This document shows, piece after piece, positions 27,900 to 41,630 of a stretch of DNA of 64,000 nt. A program made the position numbers and the translations under genes. Position 1 is the stretch's first letter. Each line of letters begins with the position of its first letter. The notes beneath the pieces are model-generated. The model saw nothing but the letters and a program-made list of their open reading frames with translations, made no database searches and was not told where the DNA came from. This DNA comes from the human T2T-CHM13v2.0 reference genome, Homo sapiens. The stretch is taken from the NCBI RefSeq assembly GCF_009914755.1, contig NC_060929.1; one strand, written 5' to 3'.

Positions 27900-28545
27900 C
27901 CTACTTGGGAGGATAGAGAAGTGGAAAGAACCCTGGGCCTGCAACCCAGCAGTTGTACACCGTGGTTTCCTAGAGGAACTCATGCACATGTGTCCTGGAG
28001 ACCTGCAAGAGGACAGCATCATGGAGATGACCAGCAACTAATACCACCCAAAGGTCCACCAACAGGAGAATGGATACCCCAGCAGGGGTGCATGCATGCA
28101 ACGGAACACACCACGTACTGGTGAGAGTGAATCAATGTCGGTCACACGCATCAACGCCGATGAGGCTGAGACTCGTAATATCAAATTTAGAATTGCAAGT
28201 AGCAGAAGGATCAAAGTTATATTTGTAATAAAGCTTAAACACAAGCAAATCGAGCACTGTATTGTTTAGGCACACATTCACATTTGGTAAAGACATAAAG
28301 CAAAGCAAGGGAACGAGACAAAAATGAAATCCCAGAGTAATCAGGTGGTCAGGTCTTGGGGGGTGGCGTGGAGTTGGGGAAGGGCATCAGAGTGGATCTC
28401 ACCTCAGCTCCGACTGCTTTGGGAAGTTCTAGTTCTGACATGGAGTGGTGGGTTCACAGCTGTTTGATTGCTTGTTATGCTTTATAACAATATAAACTGC
28501 ATATGTTCAGTTGAAATATTTCATAATAAAGGTTTTTTAAAAAAG
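27900..28545 (+). mobile_element. Degenerate L1ME 3' fragments
   Basis: ccagcagttgtacac..ggtttcctagaggaactcatgcacatgtg; ends gaaatatttcataataaa. Confidence 0.55.
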
Positions 28546-28649
28546 AACATTGGGCTCATCTTTCCCATCAGATACAGGCATTTTTGTTTTGAATTTCTAT
28601 TTCCTTTTTTTAATGAGCAAGGATCGTTTGCCTCTGAAAATATAAATTA

Positions 28650-28957
<308 letters not shown>

Positions 28958-29049
28958 TTATTTAAATATTTTTTTAGAAAAAGCACTGGATTTGCAGTTG
29001 GGAGCACAAGACTTGGGGTTGCCCCTTCCCACAACCACTGTCATTGCTG

Positions 29050-29790
29050 GGACCTCTGCAGCCATCTCCTCCCGGCCTCCATCCTCACCCACTCCATTTC
29101 AGTCTCTGTTTGGCCCCCCAGCTGAGTTATCTTTGTAACCATAAATGGCATTCGCTCATTTTACTGCTTCCTGAAGTCCAAGCCTGTTCTTTTCAACCAT
29201 GTTTCTCCCTGTTCCTCTTCACCATTTGTATGTAGCCAGATGTAGAGTTCATGGAACCAAAAACCTGCCTTCTGCTTCTGTGTCTTTGCTCAAGCTGTAC
29301 CTGGGAGAATAAGTCATCAGGTCTGAGCACCAGCGTCTGGGTCTCAGTGCTCAGCATGCAAAAGAGACTGGGTTTAGGCTCTGTCACTCACCATGAATTC
29401 TACACGGAATGACTTTTCTGTCCCTAAGTGATCCTTCCAGGCTCATTTCAGGCAACACCTCTTCCAGGAAGCCTTCCCTGATATCCAGCCTTTATTCTCA
29501 CAGCTCCTCTGGTAATCCCTATCAAAGTACCCTGAGATTTCCACAGTACTTTGGAATTTTCTGTGTATGTGCCTCCTCCACTAGACTACCTACTCCCCAA
29601 AGGCAAAAACTGGGTCTTATTTTGTTTGTCTCAATAGCAACTGTACCAGCCGTGGCATGGTGGCACTCAAATGGTAACGCCCTGAGGGAAAGGTTTTGCC
29701 TGTTTTGCTCATCTATGTATTCTAAGTGCCTAGAACACTGCCTGGCATATGGTAGCTGTGCTGCAAATGGTTATCGAGTGAATGAATAAA
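29050..29790 (+). mobile_element. L2 fragments
   Basis: ccttccaggaagccttccctga...agtgcctagaacactgcctggcatatggtag...gaatgaataaa. Confidence 0.65.
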
Positions 29791-29824
29791 TGTTAACCTG
29801 TACTGAGTACTGAGTAAAGTTCTA

Positions 29825-29990
29825 TTGCTTGGAAGCTGTGTGAGCTTTGGTGAGACACTTAACGTCTCTGAGCCTCCCTTTCTCCCTCTGTCAATGGGGA
29901 GATTAATAGTACTATTCTTGAAGGATCACCATGAGATTTGGCAGAAAGATGCATGTGACAGAGCCTAGAAAATGGCAGGTGCACAGCCCG
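29825..29990 (+). mobile_element. MIR
   Basis: gctgtgtgagctttgg...cacttaac.tctctgagcctc...ctgtcaatgggga. Confidence 0.65.
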
Positions 29991-30416
29991 CGCTGCTTCA
30001 TATGGATTTAACCCTGGCCCCAGTGGCCTCAGGCAAATTCCCAGTGGCTCTGAGGTTGTCCATCTGAGCTCAGAGTCCCCGCTCAGCCTCCCTGGGTGGT
30101 CCATGGGAAAAGGGGGTCGCAGGTCTGTGCTCCTCCTCCTTAGCCACGGGCCAGTGACCCCTAGGGTCACCTCTGACTGCTGGGTCCGTGGATCTATTGT
30201 GCAGGGCCTGTTGGTGGCTGGGCAGCCTCACTGAGTCTCCAGAGCCCAGCTGGTCAGTGCAGCCAAGGTCATGGTCCTCATTCCTTGAATGGCTCTTTCT
30301 TTAAATTGACGCAAACTCTTCTTCAGCAGCCACAGGTAGCTCCTAACGCAGCCAGCTGTCTGAGCACTCTCTTAGGTCCCTTTGGGTCCTAAAATGCTAG
30401 AGAGGGGGCAGGATAG

Positions 30417-30882
<466 letters not shown>

Positions 30883-31671
30883 TAAGTGGGGAGATAAAAC
30901 CTATCTAAGGGGGATATTATGAGGAGCAGAGAGAAGGCATGTCATTCTCCTAATTAATTGGCATTCACTAAAGAGTTATGTGATTATTAAATACATAATA
31001 AAATATAAAAATATAAGGTGCTCTAGTTATATAATCATGAGGTCTGAGGATGGTGATGACTGCACTTCAGTGGACTACCTTATGAGGGACTGACTGTCAA
31101 GAAGCTCTGTGCATGTGTGCTTGTGTGTGTGCATCTGTGTATTATATATATACATATACGGTATATAAATAGGCACTTTTATTATATAAGAAAATGATGT
31201 CACAGTAAAAATGCATAAATATTATTGAGCATGTTTGTATAAACGAGTGAACAAAGAGACATTTGGGATGCAAGACCAGTGGTATAATCTGCCCAAACAC
31301 AAGCCCCGTTTTACTGTTGCTAATGCACAAAGAGAGGGCTGGCAGACATGGCCTGCATGCTCTGTACACCTGCCCATCTGCACCACACTCCCCCATGGTC
31401 TTGCTGTTGTTGCTGTGTTGGGCTCATCCCACCTCTCACACCAGGACCATAAAGGCTTTCTCAGTACTGCTGATTTCTCCCTCACAGCACTTGTCAGAGT
31501 TGACACATTGTGTTTATTTATAATTGTCAGTTTACGTGTCTCCTCTACCGGACTGATGGTCAGCCGCACTGAGGTCAGAGGTCCCATCTGATTTTACTCT
31601 CCATTTTCTCCCCAACACCCATTAGGGTGTGTGGTGCAGTGTAGATGCTTGATAAAATAATTGAACAAATC

Positions 31672-31943
31672 GATGGATGGTTGGATGGTCAGAGGGATGA
31701 ATAGACGAGTGGTTGGATGAATAGATGGTGGTTGGATGGATAAATGGTGGAATGGATGGGTGGACAGATGGATGGAAGATGGGTGAATGGATGGAAGAGG
31801 GATGGATGAATAATTGAATGGATGGGTGGATGGGTGAGTAGACAGATGGATAGAAGATGGATAGATGGATGGATGGATGGATGGATGATGGTCAGATGGA
31901 TGGATGGTTGGGTGGATGAAAGGATGGATGGGTGGTTGGATGA
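31672..31943. repeat. Degenerate (GGAT)n tract grown from an L2 tail
   Basis: About 270 bp of tgga repeats following an L2-like 3' end (31520-31670). Confidence 0.9.
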
Positions 31944-32479
31944 ATATCATAGACTTTCCCTTAAGGAGCTTACCATCCATTTGGAGTCACAAGATCAAGA
32001 CCCAGAAAATAGTCAGTGGTAACTCACGTCATTTTGCGGTCAAGGGTCCTGTGCCCCGTGACAGAAGGACCTATTCCTGTGAAAGGAATAGAAAGGGCCT
32101 TGTGGTTGACAAGGGTGGAGAGAGGCCCATGGTCATCTTCTTGAAGAATGGTCCTTGCTTCTATGAAGCAGGAAACATATTTCAAAAAACCCAAGGACAG
32201 CCTTTTATGAACAACCTCTCTATGTCTTTGCTGAAATTCAGTACTGCATCACTCAATTCCTCAAGCTTGTATTAGGCTGTCGTCATGCCAGATCCTGGGC
32301 CATGTTCTGAGGACACAGAGATGAGCCAGAGGGTCTCTGCCTGAGGCCTCAGAGTCTGGGGGAGACAGATCTGTAAACTGTGCAACCAGGCAGGCCACAG
32401 CAGAGGTGTGAGCAGAGGAGAAACAAAACAATCTAAACGCTTTGGTGGAGACAAGCAGTCAGACAAAGGGTGGGGAGGA

Positions 32480-32890
32480 GGTGGTGTTTAAACTGATTCC
32501 TGAAGGATCAGTGGGAGTAGCCCCCTCCCCAACTCCATCCTGATGAGAGAAGTTTTTCTGATAGAGAAAAAAAATGAGGGCAAGGAGAAAAACCGGGTGA
32601 GAGCTTCCTGGCTTTCGAGACTGAGTGCCAGTGCTGGTGGGGAGAAATGAGCAATGAGGCTGGGAAGTTAGGTGAGCCCTGCCTGGTTGGCCAAGGGCCT
32701 GGGCTTCCCTCTGAAGGTAATAGGGAGCTCTTGATGGGATTCACGCAGATGGGAGACCTGATCAAGCTTGAGGCAGGGTGGAAGAGGGACAGGAGAGGGC
32801 GAGTTGGAAGCAGGGAGGCTGGATGGGAGGCCATGGCAAGTTTGCAAGTTGGCACAGGTCTAAACAGAGGCAGTAGAATAGAAAGTCAAA
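32480..32890 (-). mobile_element. L2 fragment
   Basis: cctgaaggatcagtgggagt...ctgaaggtaatagggagc...ggaagcagggagg. Confidence 0.5.
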
Positions 32891-33604
32891 GAGGAGAGGC
32901 CCCAAACATCTTAGGCAGGACATGCTTGTTTATTCATCTCTGAAAGTGAAAGGGAGGCAAGTACAGATTTAGTATGCCACTGTCCAGAGCGAATCGTAAG
33001 GGTACAGGGTTGGTGACTGACATTCCTGCTCCAAGAAACTCAAGAAACCTGACCTGTCCCCATCCCCCGCTCCCTGTAAATGTCTGTTTTTGGTTCCTCT
33101 TGCCCACCGGATGCAGAAAGGAGGGCCAGCCATGCAGAGCTGCAGCGAGGCAGAGCATAGGGCCAGGTTTCCACGATGTGGAGAGAAGGAGTGGCCCTGC
33201 GAGCAGGCGAGGGGGGTAGGGTGGGGAAAGGAAAAGGCATGGAAAACTGCAGACCATAACCCTTGGCAAGATCCAAAAGAAGAGGAATAGTGGAGGATGC
33301 AGAGAAAGGGACCACTACAGCCGTGGGCAGGAGTTTCTATTTCCAAATGGATGTGGGGAGGAAGATTTCAGAGGGAACATATTTGCCAGGAGAATTTTGA
33401 GAGAAATGACTCAGGGTTCCACAACAATAGCTAATAGGGCAGCAATGGATTGGAGAATGTATATATCTTTATGTTCTAAAACATTTTTTTAAGGAGACAC
33501 TCTAAGGCCAGAATCGCAAGTGCATGTCTTTGTGGACAGAGCAGGTCACACAAATGAGGAAAGTGGACCACATATTCAAAACACAATAGCTCAAGCATGA
33601 TAGC

Positions 33605-33895
33605 CAGCTGCAGGTGACACCAGGCTATAGTGTCCAGGAGACAATAGAGAGGGATAGGGACTGTGGCAAACTGGAGAGCACAGATCCACAAGGGCACAGC
33701 AGCAGGTCAGCTCCCACTACTGCCACCCTGTAGGAATACAGGGCTGGGTGGCCATGTTTTCTGATTTTTCAAAAAAATTCAGAAATTTTGATTTTTTCAG
33801 GAAACCTCCTGATATGTAAATAGTAGCAGCTAGTTCAGATTTTACCCTGTGTAATAAAACAAAACCATCCAGCCTGTGGGACTGCAGTGGGTCCC
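33605..33895. mobile_element. MER103C-like hAT fossil
   Basis: agacaatag.gag.g.t.gggactgtggcaaactggagagc...ttctgatttttcaa...aaacaaaac. Confidence 0.6.
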
Positions 33896-34829
33896 TCTGC
33901 TCCCCAGCAACCTTGCAATCAACTGAAAACCCACGTCACACAGGTCCTGCTGCCTTCACTCATGTCTGCGGCTTTTCCCCAGGGGGTCTGGAGAGAGAAC
34001 AGGGCTGGGAGTCATTTGTGGCGTTAACTCCTGGTAGAGTTCCACCTCTAATGTGGGTCCTTGAGCAAACCCTGTAATGTTTCCAGGCCTCCGTTCCTCC
34101 ACCTATATAATGGCGGCAAGATCTTGGCTCTTCCAGCCAAAAGTCTCTTCTTTTACAATTTTCCCAGATCACTACCACCTTCTGTTGATTGAGGTCCTCC
34201 TATCTGCCAGACCCTGTGTTACTCACTCTAAGTCCCTTGCCCAGGATCGCACAGCTATTGATGTTGCAGAGGCTGGATTCCAACTCACACCTGTCTGACT
34301 TCAAAGGCCTTTGACTTAGGTACTATATTGACTCCAGTGAAAGCAACTTATTAAATAATTCAGGTAATGCTCCAGGAAAGGGGAGTGTTTTCTATTGCTC
34401 TTCATGTACCACCCAAATTCTAAGAGATCCAAACAGTTAATTTTTGCAGCTGATGGGCCAGTATAGATTTTTTAGAGTTCCCTTCGACCTTATAAAAGGC
34501 AGAGGAGTAGAGGACTTAGCAAAAGGCCAGAGGAATCAACAACATGAGATGCACCAGGGGTCTCACCCAAGGCTTCAGACAGGCCTGGACTGGCCGACTA
34601 GGTGTCAGTCAGCAGAAGAGCAGAGGAAAGAACTCACCCCAGGAGAAAAGTGAGGTGCACGAGCATGTCAAGAACAGGGCCTCTGTTGGAGGGCAGGGGT
34701 GGCTGTTCATACAGCTCAGTGGCTGTTCCTTCCTTAAGTGCGGGGACTGGAGCAGAAAGCAGAAGGCCATTTGCATTAAAGTGTGCCACTCTGAGCACCC
34801 AGGCCTGTGTCCCCACAGACTGCCGTTCC

Positions 34830-35270
34830 TTCAGTTATTTCAAATGTCGCCTCTTTCTACTCAGCTGTTGAAGTCAAAAATCTGGCGTCATTCTTGACCT
34901 CTTCTTTTACCTCAAGTCTCAAATTCAGTCCATTGCCAAATTCTGTGACTCACCCCAAAATGTCTCACAGCTGTGTCATCTTCCCTCCTCTGCACTGTCC
35001 CGGCCGTGGCTGCTCTGCTGGTCTCCTCCTTCACCTTGCCCCTTTCCAGTATCTTTGTGACACAGCAGCTAGAGAAGTTTTTATACAATGCAGATCTGGC
35101 CCTGTCTCTCCTCTGCTTAAAAACCCTTTGGTGACTCCCTAGGGCACCATTAATAACGTTGCAAGCTTCCCTCCATGACCTACAAATCCTTCTGCTATCC
35201 CTCACACACTGTGCTCCCGCCACCCCTGCCCTCTTTTCAGTTCCTCAAATATGTCAAGTTCTTTCTGGCT
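34830..35270 (+). mobile_element. L2 fragment
   Basis: cacagcagctagaga...tgcagatctg...tcctctgcttaaaaccctt. Confidence 0.6.
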
Positions 35271-35569
35271 TTGGAGTCCTACCAATGTGGATCTGAATCC
35301 CGGGTAACCTTGAGTAAGTGCTGTCACCTCTTTGAGCCCCATTCTGCTCATCTCTGAAATGGGTATAATTGTATAACTTATTTCAAGGCATCATCAGTAT
35401 TGACTTTCTTGCTTTAAACTTACAATCCCATGGAAAATCCCACGGAACACTCTTTTGCTTTAAACCTACAATCCTATGGAAAACGGTGGAGAGAGAAGGA
35501 TTAATGTCATCCACTGACAATTTCACCTTCATCACCTACTTAACAACGACAAAGTAAAAGACATTCATC

Positions 35570-36150
35570 CATTTTGGCTTCTGTTTAAATGAGTCATACA
35601 ATGAAATATCAACCATTTTCACTTAAAAAATTACAGTCTACAACACTTTTTAAAAAATTTTGTGTCAATTACTCCCTTGTTTCTCTGTATACTTTTATGA
35701 CCTATTTATGGATTTCTAAACAAAGTCTAGCTATTTTGTCTGGTTTTGGACTTTGTGCAAATGGAATCATACTCTCTGTGCTCTGTGACTTGCTTCCTAT
35801 ATTCACGTGAGGATCTGGGATTCACCCAAGCCCGTGCCTGCAGCAGCCACTTATTCATTGCCACTGCTTGCATCGTACTGCCCCGGAGGAAGGTAGCCCA
35901 GTTTTCTCACACATTCTACTCTCTGTAGACATTTGGGCTGTTCCTGGTTTTGCTATCTTGAATGATCTTGCTGTGCGCAGGCTGTGTGGGTCTCCTGGCA
36001 CTGGAATGCTACAGTTCCTGGAGGGGACACACCTAGGAGTGCAGTGGTAGATCCCAGTGTGTGCGCATGTTCAGCTTGACTAGGAATCACCAACTGTTGC
36101 CAAAGGGCTCGCTCCACAAGGATTCTCCCACCAGCAGTGTCTGTTCTACC
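35570..36150 (-). mobile_element. L1ME fragment
   Basis: aaatggaatcatact...gacatttgggctgttcc...cacctaggagt...ttcagctt. Confidence 0.65.
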
Positions 36151-36544
36151 ACATCCAACTGGGAAGAAAGGTGGAATGAGACGAATACGGAAAGATTACT
36201 TTTCATATATGTGTGTGGATAAGTGCATAAGTCTATGTAATTATCATATGTTTTATGCATTGTTATGAGTGTACGTGACTTCGTTAATTTCTGCAGAGGT
36301 TTAAACCATGTTTGCTCAAACCTCTGGGGTACCCCACTGTGGCTTTCATTCGCACGAATGACCAAGGTCTTGCTCAGCACCTTCAGTTCCTGCCTGGAGC
36401 CCACCAGGACCTCTGCTGAACCTCTGCTCAGACCCTCCAGGATATAGCCTGGGCTGACCGCAGTCTTGAACAAGTCCAGGAATGATGAAACCTGTTTTTC
36501 TAAGACAAATCCCCTAGAATGACATTCAAAGTCCTTCCTATGCT

Positions 36545-36613
36545 GAAATAACACCAGCTCCTGCACCGAAATAACACCAGCTCCTGCACCAAAATAACAC
36601 AAGCTCCTGCACG
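36545..36613. repeat. Minisatellite, 23 bp x 3
   Basis: gaaataacaccagctcctgcacc twice exactly, plus one variant copy. Confidence 0.95.
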
Positions 36614-36614
36614 G

Positions 36615-37010
36615 ACCTCCTGGTTGCTCAGCGTTTCAGGCACGTTCTGCCTCTGCACATTCACCCTCAGAGGCCCTCTGGAGGGTCACCCTTCCCTGGA
36701 TTTTCCTTCCCCAGGCTCCTCCATCCCTCAGTCTGTTCAGGTCTGTGCCCAAGATCTTCTCTGACCACCCTGTCCAGAAGACAGGCCACCACTCCTGGCT
36801 GTACCTCACCCTGCTCTGTTTTTCTTGTAAACATGACCTCCCAATGCCTTATACATGGATGTGTTCCTCTGTTCTCTGTGTTTCCACCAGAAGGTGAGTG
36901 CTTTGGGGTAGGGATGCATCTTTTCACCTGTTGGGTTAACTGTGCTCAGAGCTGTGCCCACCACATAGCAGATTCTCAAGATAGAATTGCTGAACCTATT
37001 TACGAGTGAA
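36615..37010 (+). mobile_element. L2a 3' region
   Basis: cttctctgaccaccctg...ctgtgcccaccacatagcag.ttctcaa. Confidence 0.65.
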
Positions 37011-37094
37011 GGAGTCCACACCATGCTTTAAAACCTCGCTGTGAGAGATGGGTTCAGGAATGAGTTCTTTCCTTTTCATTTAAAAACAGTCCTT

Positions 37095-37398
<304 letters not shown>

Positions 37399-37479
37399 TT
37401 ATTAAATTCCTCTGCAGAAATTAGTGAAGTAGCTTGCACTCATAACAATGCATAAAACATATGATAATCACATAGGTCT

Positions 37480-37975
37480 ATGCATTTATACACACACATA
37501 TATGAAAAGTAATCTCTCCATATTCATCTCATTCTACCTTTCTTTCCAGCAACTAATATTAGTTGTCCTCATATTCAGACACATACAAAAAATAGGGCTT
37601 CTTAGTTGATTTTTACCAAAAAAGTGGGATCCTACAGTATTCTGTATCTTGTTTTTCTCATTTAACAATTATGTGCTGGACATTAATCCAGATAACTGCA
37701 TATGTAGAAAACTTTTTTTAACAGGTGCAAAATATTCTGTTGTGTGGGTGACCCACAATTTATTCAATTATTCCCCAGCTGACAGACAAGCAAAGGTGGC
37801 TTTTAGATTTTTGCCACTATGAACAGTACTGCAGTAACACCTTGTACTTAGAAATCGTATAAATGATTGTTGTTCTATAGGACAGATTCCCACGTAAGGG
37901 ATCCCTTTGTCAAAAGATACATGCATTTTGTATTTTAATAGATGAGGCTAGGTTATTTCAACATGTCACGTATTC
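37480..37975 (-). mobile_element. L1ME fragment
   Basis: cacaatttattcaa...ttttgccactatgaaca.tactgcagtaacacc...ggacagattcc. Confidence 0.6.
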
Positions 37976-38413
37976 TGCCCTTTTGCTGTCCTGAGCTTTC
38001 TTTGCTCCTGATTTCCCCAGCCCCCTTCCCCCGCAGCCCCACCCAAGATTGCCCAGAAGTGGGGTCCATCCTAACTTCCCAGGAGGCCCAGTTTCCAGGT
38101 GCAGAATTGCGCCTGGCCAGACTACCCACCCATGGGAAGCCATTTCAGTTCCATTCCCACAGTAACGTGCGCGGGTGCCTCAACTCTCTTCCCTCCAGCT
38201 GCTCACAAGGCCAGGCCTGGCCCTGCAAGGTGGCTTCAGCAGCAAAGGTGGCGAAAGCGGGAGGGAGGAGGAAAGAGGCAGGAAATGACTACGGGAGCCA
38301 CCCAGAGCTTATCCTCATTCCAGCTTCCGGTTCCCTTTTTGTTCTGAGCATCTCATAGCCAGTGTATTAGCAATGATGATGCCAACAGCAATAATAAAAG
38401 TCAACATGCATAG

Positions 38414-38612
38414 CAGTGACCCTCAGCGGGGCAGCTCTTGTGCCACGCCCCCCTCCCCAGGGGACACTTGGCAATGTCTGGAGACACTTTTGATTGTCAC
38501 AACTCGGAAGGGGGTGCTAATGACATCTAGCAGGTAATGGCCAGGGAAGCTGCTAATTTCCCACAACGAAAAATTATCCAGCTCAAAATGTCCATAGTGC
38601 CGTGTTTCTCAC
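38414..38612. mobile_element. MER20
   Basis: ccccaggggacacttggcaatgtctggagacacttttgattgtcacaac...aattatccagctcaaaatgtc.atagtgcc. Confidence 0.85.
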
Positions 38613-38619
38613 AAATGCC

Positions 38620-38835
38620 TGGTTTATAGGGTGCTTCCGGCACGACGGGAGCTGTGCTAAGTGGTCAGCACATGCAGGACTAATTTAACCTTCACACTCT
38701 TCTTTGAGCTAGGTGTTATTATTACACCCACTTTACAGGTGAGGATACTGAGACTCGGAGAGGTGAAGTGACTTGCTCACGGTCCACAGCTGTGGAGGGC
38801 AGAGGCGGCACCTGACCTCAGGTCTGCTTGACTTC
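38620..38835 (-). mobile_element. MIR
   Basis: ccactttacaggtgaggatactgagactcggagaggtgaagtgacttgc. Confidence 0.8.
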
Positions 38836-39169
38836 ACTACACCGAATGGTCTTTGTAGGCCAGCTGGCTCTGTGCTGTAGCAGCAGACAGGGCATCTGAT
38901 ACAAACCTCATGACAAAGAGTTGGTGGGTGGGAACGGCCTGGATGTGATCTTGGTCGTGCCTACCTACCTCTGACACAGTAGGGAGGTCTCTCTGTGACT
39001 CCTCAGCTTCTGAGCTTCTTGTGAGGTGGGGCAGAGGGGAGCTGACATAGCAGGTGAGGCATCCTCTGTGGCTGGGAAGCTGGCAGCCGAGGAAACGCGC
39101 GGTGCAGCCGTTCCTATTGTCTGATGTGACGTTCCCAAGCCGAAGCTGGGCTGTTCTTTATGACACCTG

Positions 39170-39669
39170 GGAGTGTACATTTGTGTTCTCTGCCTGTGCA
39201 TGCTCGTGTGTGTGAGTTTGCCTGTGTGCACTTACCCATATGTGCCATGGTGGGTCTATAGATATATGCGTAAGTGTGCTCTGTGTCTTTGTGTGTAGGT
39301 TTGCCTTTGTTCATGTGGTGTCTCGTTCTCTATTTGCCTATGTGTTTGACTATACAGGCAAATTTGTCTGCATGCATATCTCTATCTGATTATATTAGAG
39401 CTGGGTGTCCAGGTGTGTGTGTGTGTGTGTAGGTGATGGGGAGCTGTGGCTGTTGTATCTATGTGTGTATGAAGTGAGTCTGGGTGTGTGTGTGTGTGCA
39501 CATATGAAGGTGTAATAGTGTGCTTTTATGTACATATATTTTGGACGGACTGTACATGTGTGTCTATATATGTATTTGTGTGTGAATAGTGTGTACTTAA
39601 ATACCTGTGACTGTGTAAACTGTGTGGCTTTGTGTACATGTATATAGAGGTGGCTGGGTGCAGTGATTG

Positions 39670-39745
<76 letters not shown>

Positions 39746-39750
39746 GAGAC
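39170..39750. repeat. TG-rich low-complexity tract ending in a compound (TG)n(AG)n microsatellite (39673-39750)
   Basis: Directly visible. Confidence 0.9.
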
Positions 39751-40209
39751 TCCAGGCTCTTACCAACACAGAAGCTGGAAAAACACTGCTCTCCATGTGT
39801 TCTTTCAGCCTCCAAGAATGTCAGCCTCTCCTTAGGTCAGAAAAGATGAGCACAGGGCGAGGAGCTTGACCCAGGCCCTCACTCCCCACCCTCACCGCCC
39901 CAGCCTGCCCCCACAGTGCCAGCTGTCAGGGACAGAGGGCCTCAGGCCTCACCCCCCTGCCAGCCAGTCACTAAGGCTAAACATTTACTGAGGCCTGAGG
40001 CCATGTTTGTTTAAACCTCCGGGGTCACTGCACACATGCGATCTGTTTTGGATGGCTTCTGTTCTGCAGGCTGAGGGGAGCAGGTGCCGGCTTGGCAAGG
40101 TACCCGGGGTTGCAGCTTCCCTCCGTGAGATGCGCTGCTGAAATCAAGGTTTGCTTCATCTCACAAGAAGTTTAACCTTGGCAATGCGTTCGCTGACCTA
40201 CTCTTTCAG

Positions 40210-40455
40210 AGTAATGTGTCCTAAACTCTAGTGTCTTTGTCAACCACTGTGTATCTTCTGTAACTCTCCTCTGTAACTCTCTTCTGCAACTCTCCTTACG
40301 CTTTTCTTTAAATTGATCTGCTTCTAGAAACGTAAGTACCTATTTTAGCTTTATTCAAAGCAATTTTATCTTGTGTGATCAAGGGTTAGATATGCTAATT
40401 ATAAGTTTATATATATTTTTATATCCTTAAAACATATGAAAATAAAAAGCATTGA
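40210..40455. mobile_element. MER112-like hAT fossil
   Basis: ttttctttaaattga...tattttagc...aagcaat..tatc...gggtt.gat.tgcta.ttata. Confidence 0.4.
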
Positions 40456-41329
40456 GCCCTCTGTTCCCTCACATCGCCTTGCTGGCCCTGTGTCGGGAAT
40501 GAAAATGCCTCCGAGGCTGCCTCTTGCCTTCTGTTTTAAAGGTAGCAATCTATTTCAGGAGATCTTATTTTCTTACAACTTGCCCAGGAAGACACCTTTT
40601 GCATAAAAACAGGCAGGTCTGCTGTACCCGGGAGAGAGCTTTCCAAATCCCCAGATGGAGAATGTGTGTTTCCTGGATCTGGCAGGAGGCTGGGGGAGCC
40701 TCAGGGTGCAGTGCTGGAGGCTGCACAGGAGTTTCTCCAGACCTCTGTGCCTCCCTTCCTCCTTGGTCAGGATCCTCCCCTGGGGACCTGGCTCTGTAGT
40801 GTCACTGCCTTGGTAATCCCGAGCGAAGACTCAGGCACAGAGCTTCCTTCCTTTGTGGGGCGGGGGGAGAATAAGAGGGGAGGGGAGAGAAAGGAAGAAG
40901 AGAGCAGAACAGAGGGGAGGGGAGGGGAGGGGAGGCAGATGCCCAGACAGATGGGCCTGGCCATGGGCTCTGCAGGCCTAATGAATTTCCTTCCTCCACC
41001 CTCAGGCAGGTCAGTAAATGAGACCAGCGACAGCATCTGGGATGACTCCAGGATGAGGCTAATAAATCAGGCCTAGAATGAATCCTGCTTCCCTGGAGAT
41101 GGAGGAGGTAGGCCAGGCAGCAGGGAAGCTGGAAGGGCCCAGAGAAGCTCCAGCAGCAGCCAGCCCTTCGATGGTACTGGAAGGAGCTCCCTTCCGACAA
41201 CAGTCGGTGGCTTCCAGAGGCACTGACTGTGCAGGGTTGAGTCCCAGAGTGGATAGGTGGGTGGGGTGAGTTTTCCCGATGGCCTGGCTTGCTGACCTCT
41301 GGGCCTCGGCCAGGGACACCCTCCCCAAC

Positions 41330-41630
41330 TGTCGCTTAATTTATTCCTACAAATCTGCTAGTCTCAGTTCAGGCATCACCTCCTCCTTGGGGAAAGAAGC
41401 CTTCCTGGACCCTTGGGGGCCATACCCATGCACCCCTAATGTTTCCCGAACTTCTGCCATCAGCCCACTCACCACATCAGGCTGTGTTTGCACCTCCCCT
41501 GGAATGCAAGCTTATGGAGACAGAGATGAGCTGCAGCCCTAGTGGCCAGTGATGTGCCTGGCATCTAGTAGGTGATATTGATATTCATTGATATTGATAC
41601 TCATTGATATTATTAATAAGTTGAATGAAA
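41330..41630 (+). mobile_element. L2 3' fragment
   Basis: catcacctcctcc...gaagccttcctg...gtgcctggca...gttgaatgaa. Confidence 0.55.

Noticed and set aside
31594-32022. His/Pro- and Trp/Met-rich ORFs
   Set aside because: They are translations of the (GGAT)n tract.
36087-36602. 171-aa minus-strand ORF
   Set aside because: It starts in the 23-bp repeat and ends in L1ME. No homology recognised.
36545-36613. 23-bp direct repeats as a CRISPR array
   Set aside because: No spacers, no cas genes, and a eukaryotic context.
36880-36900. CTCF-like ccaccagaaggtg
   Set aside because: Only a partial motif match, inside an L2 fragment.
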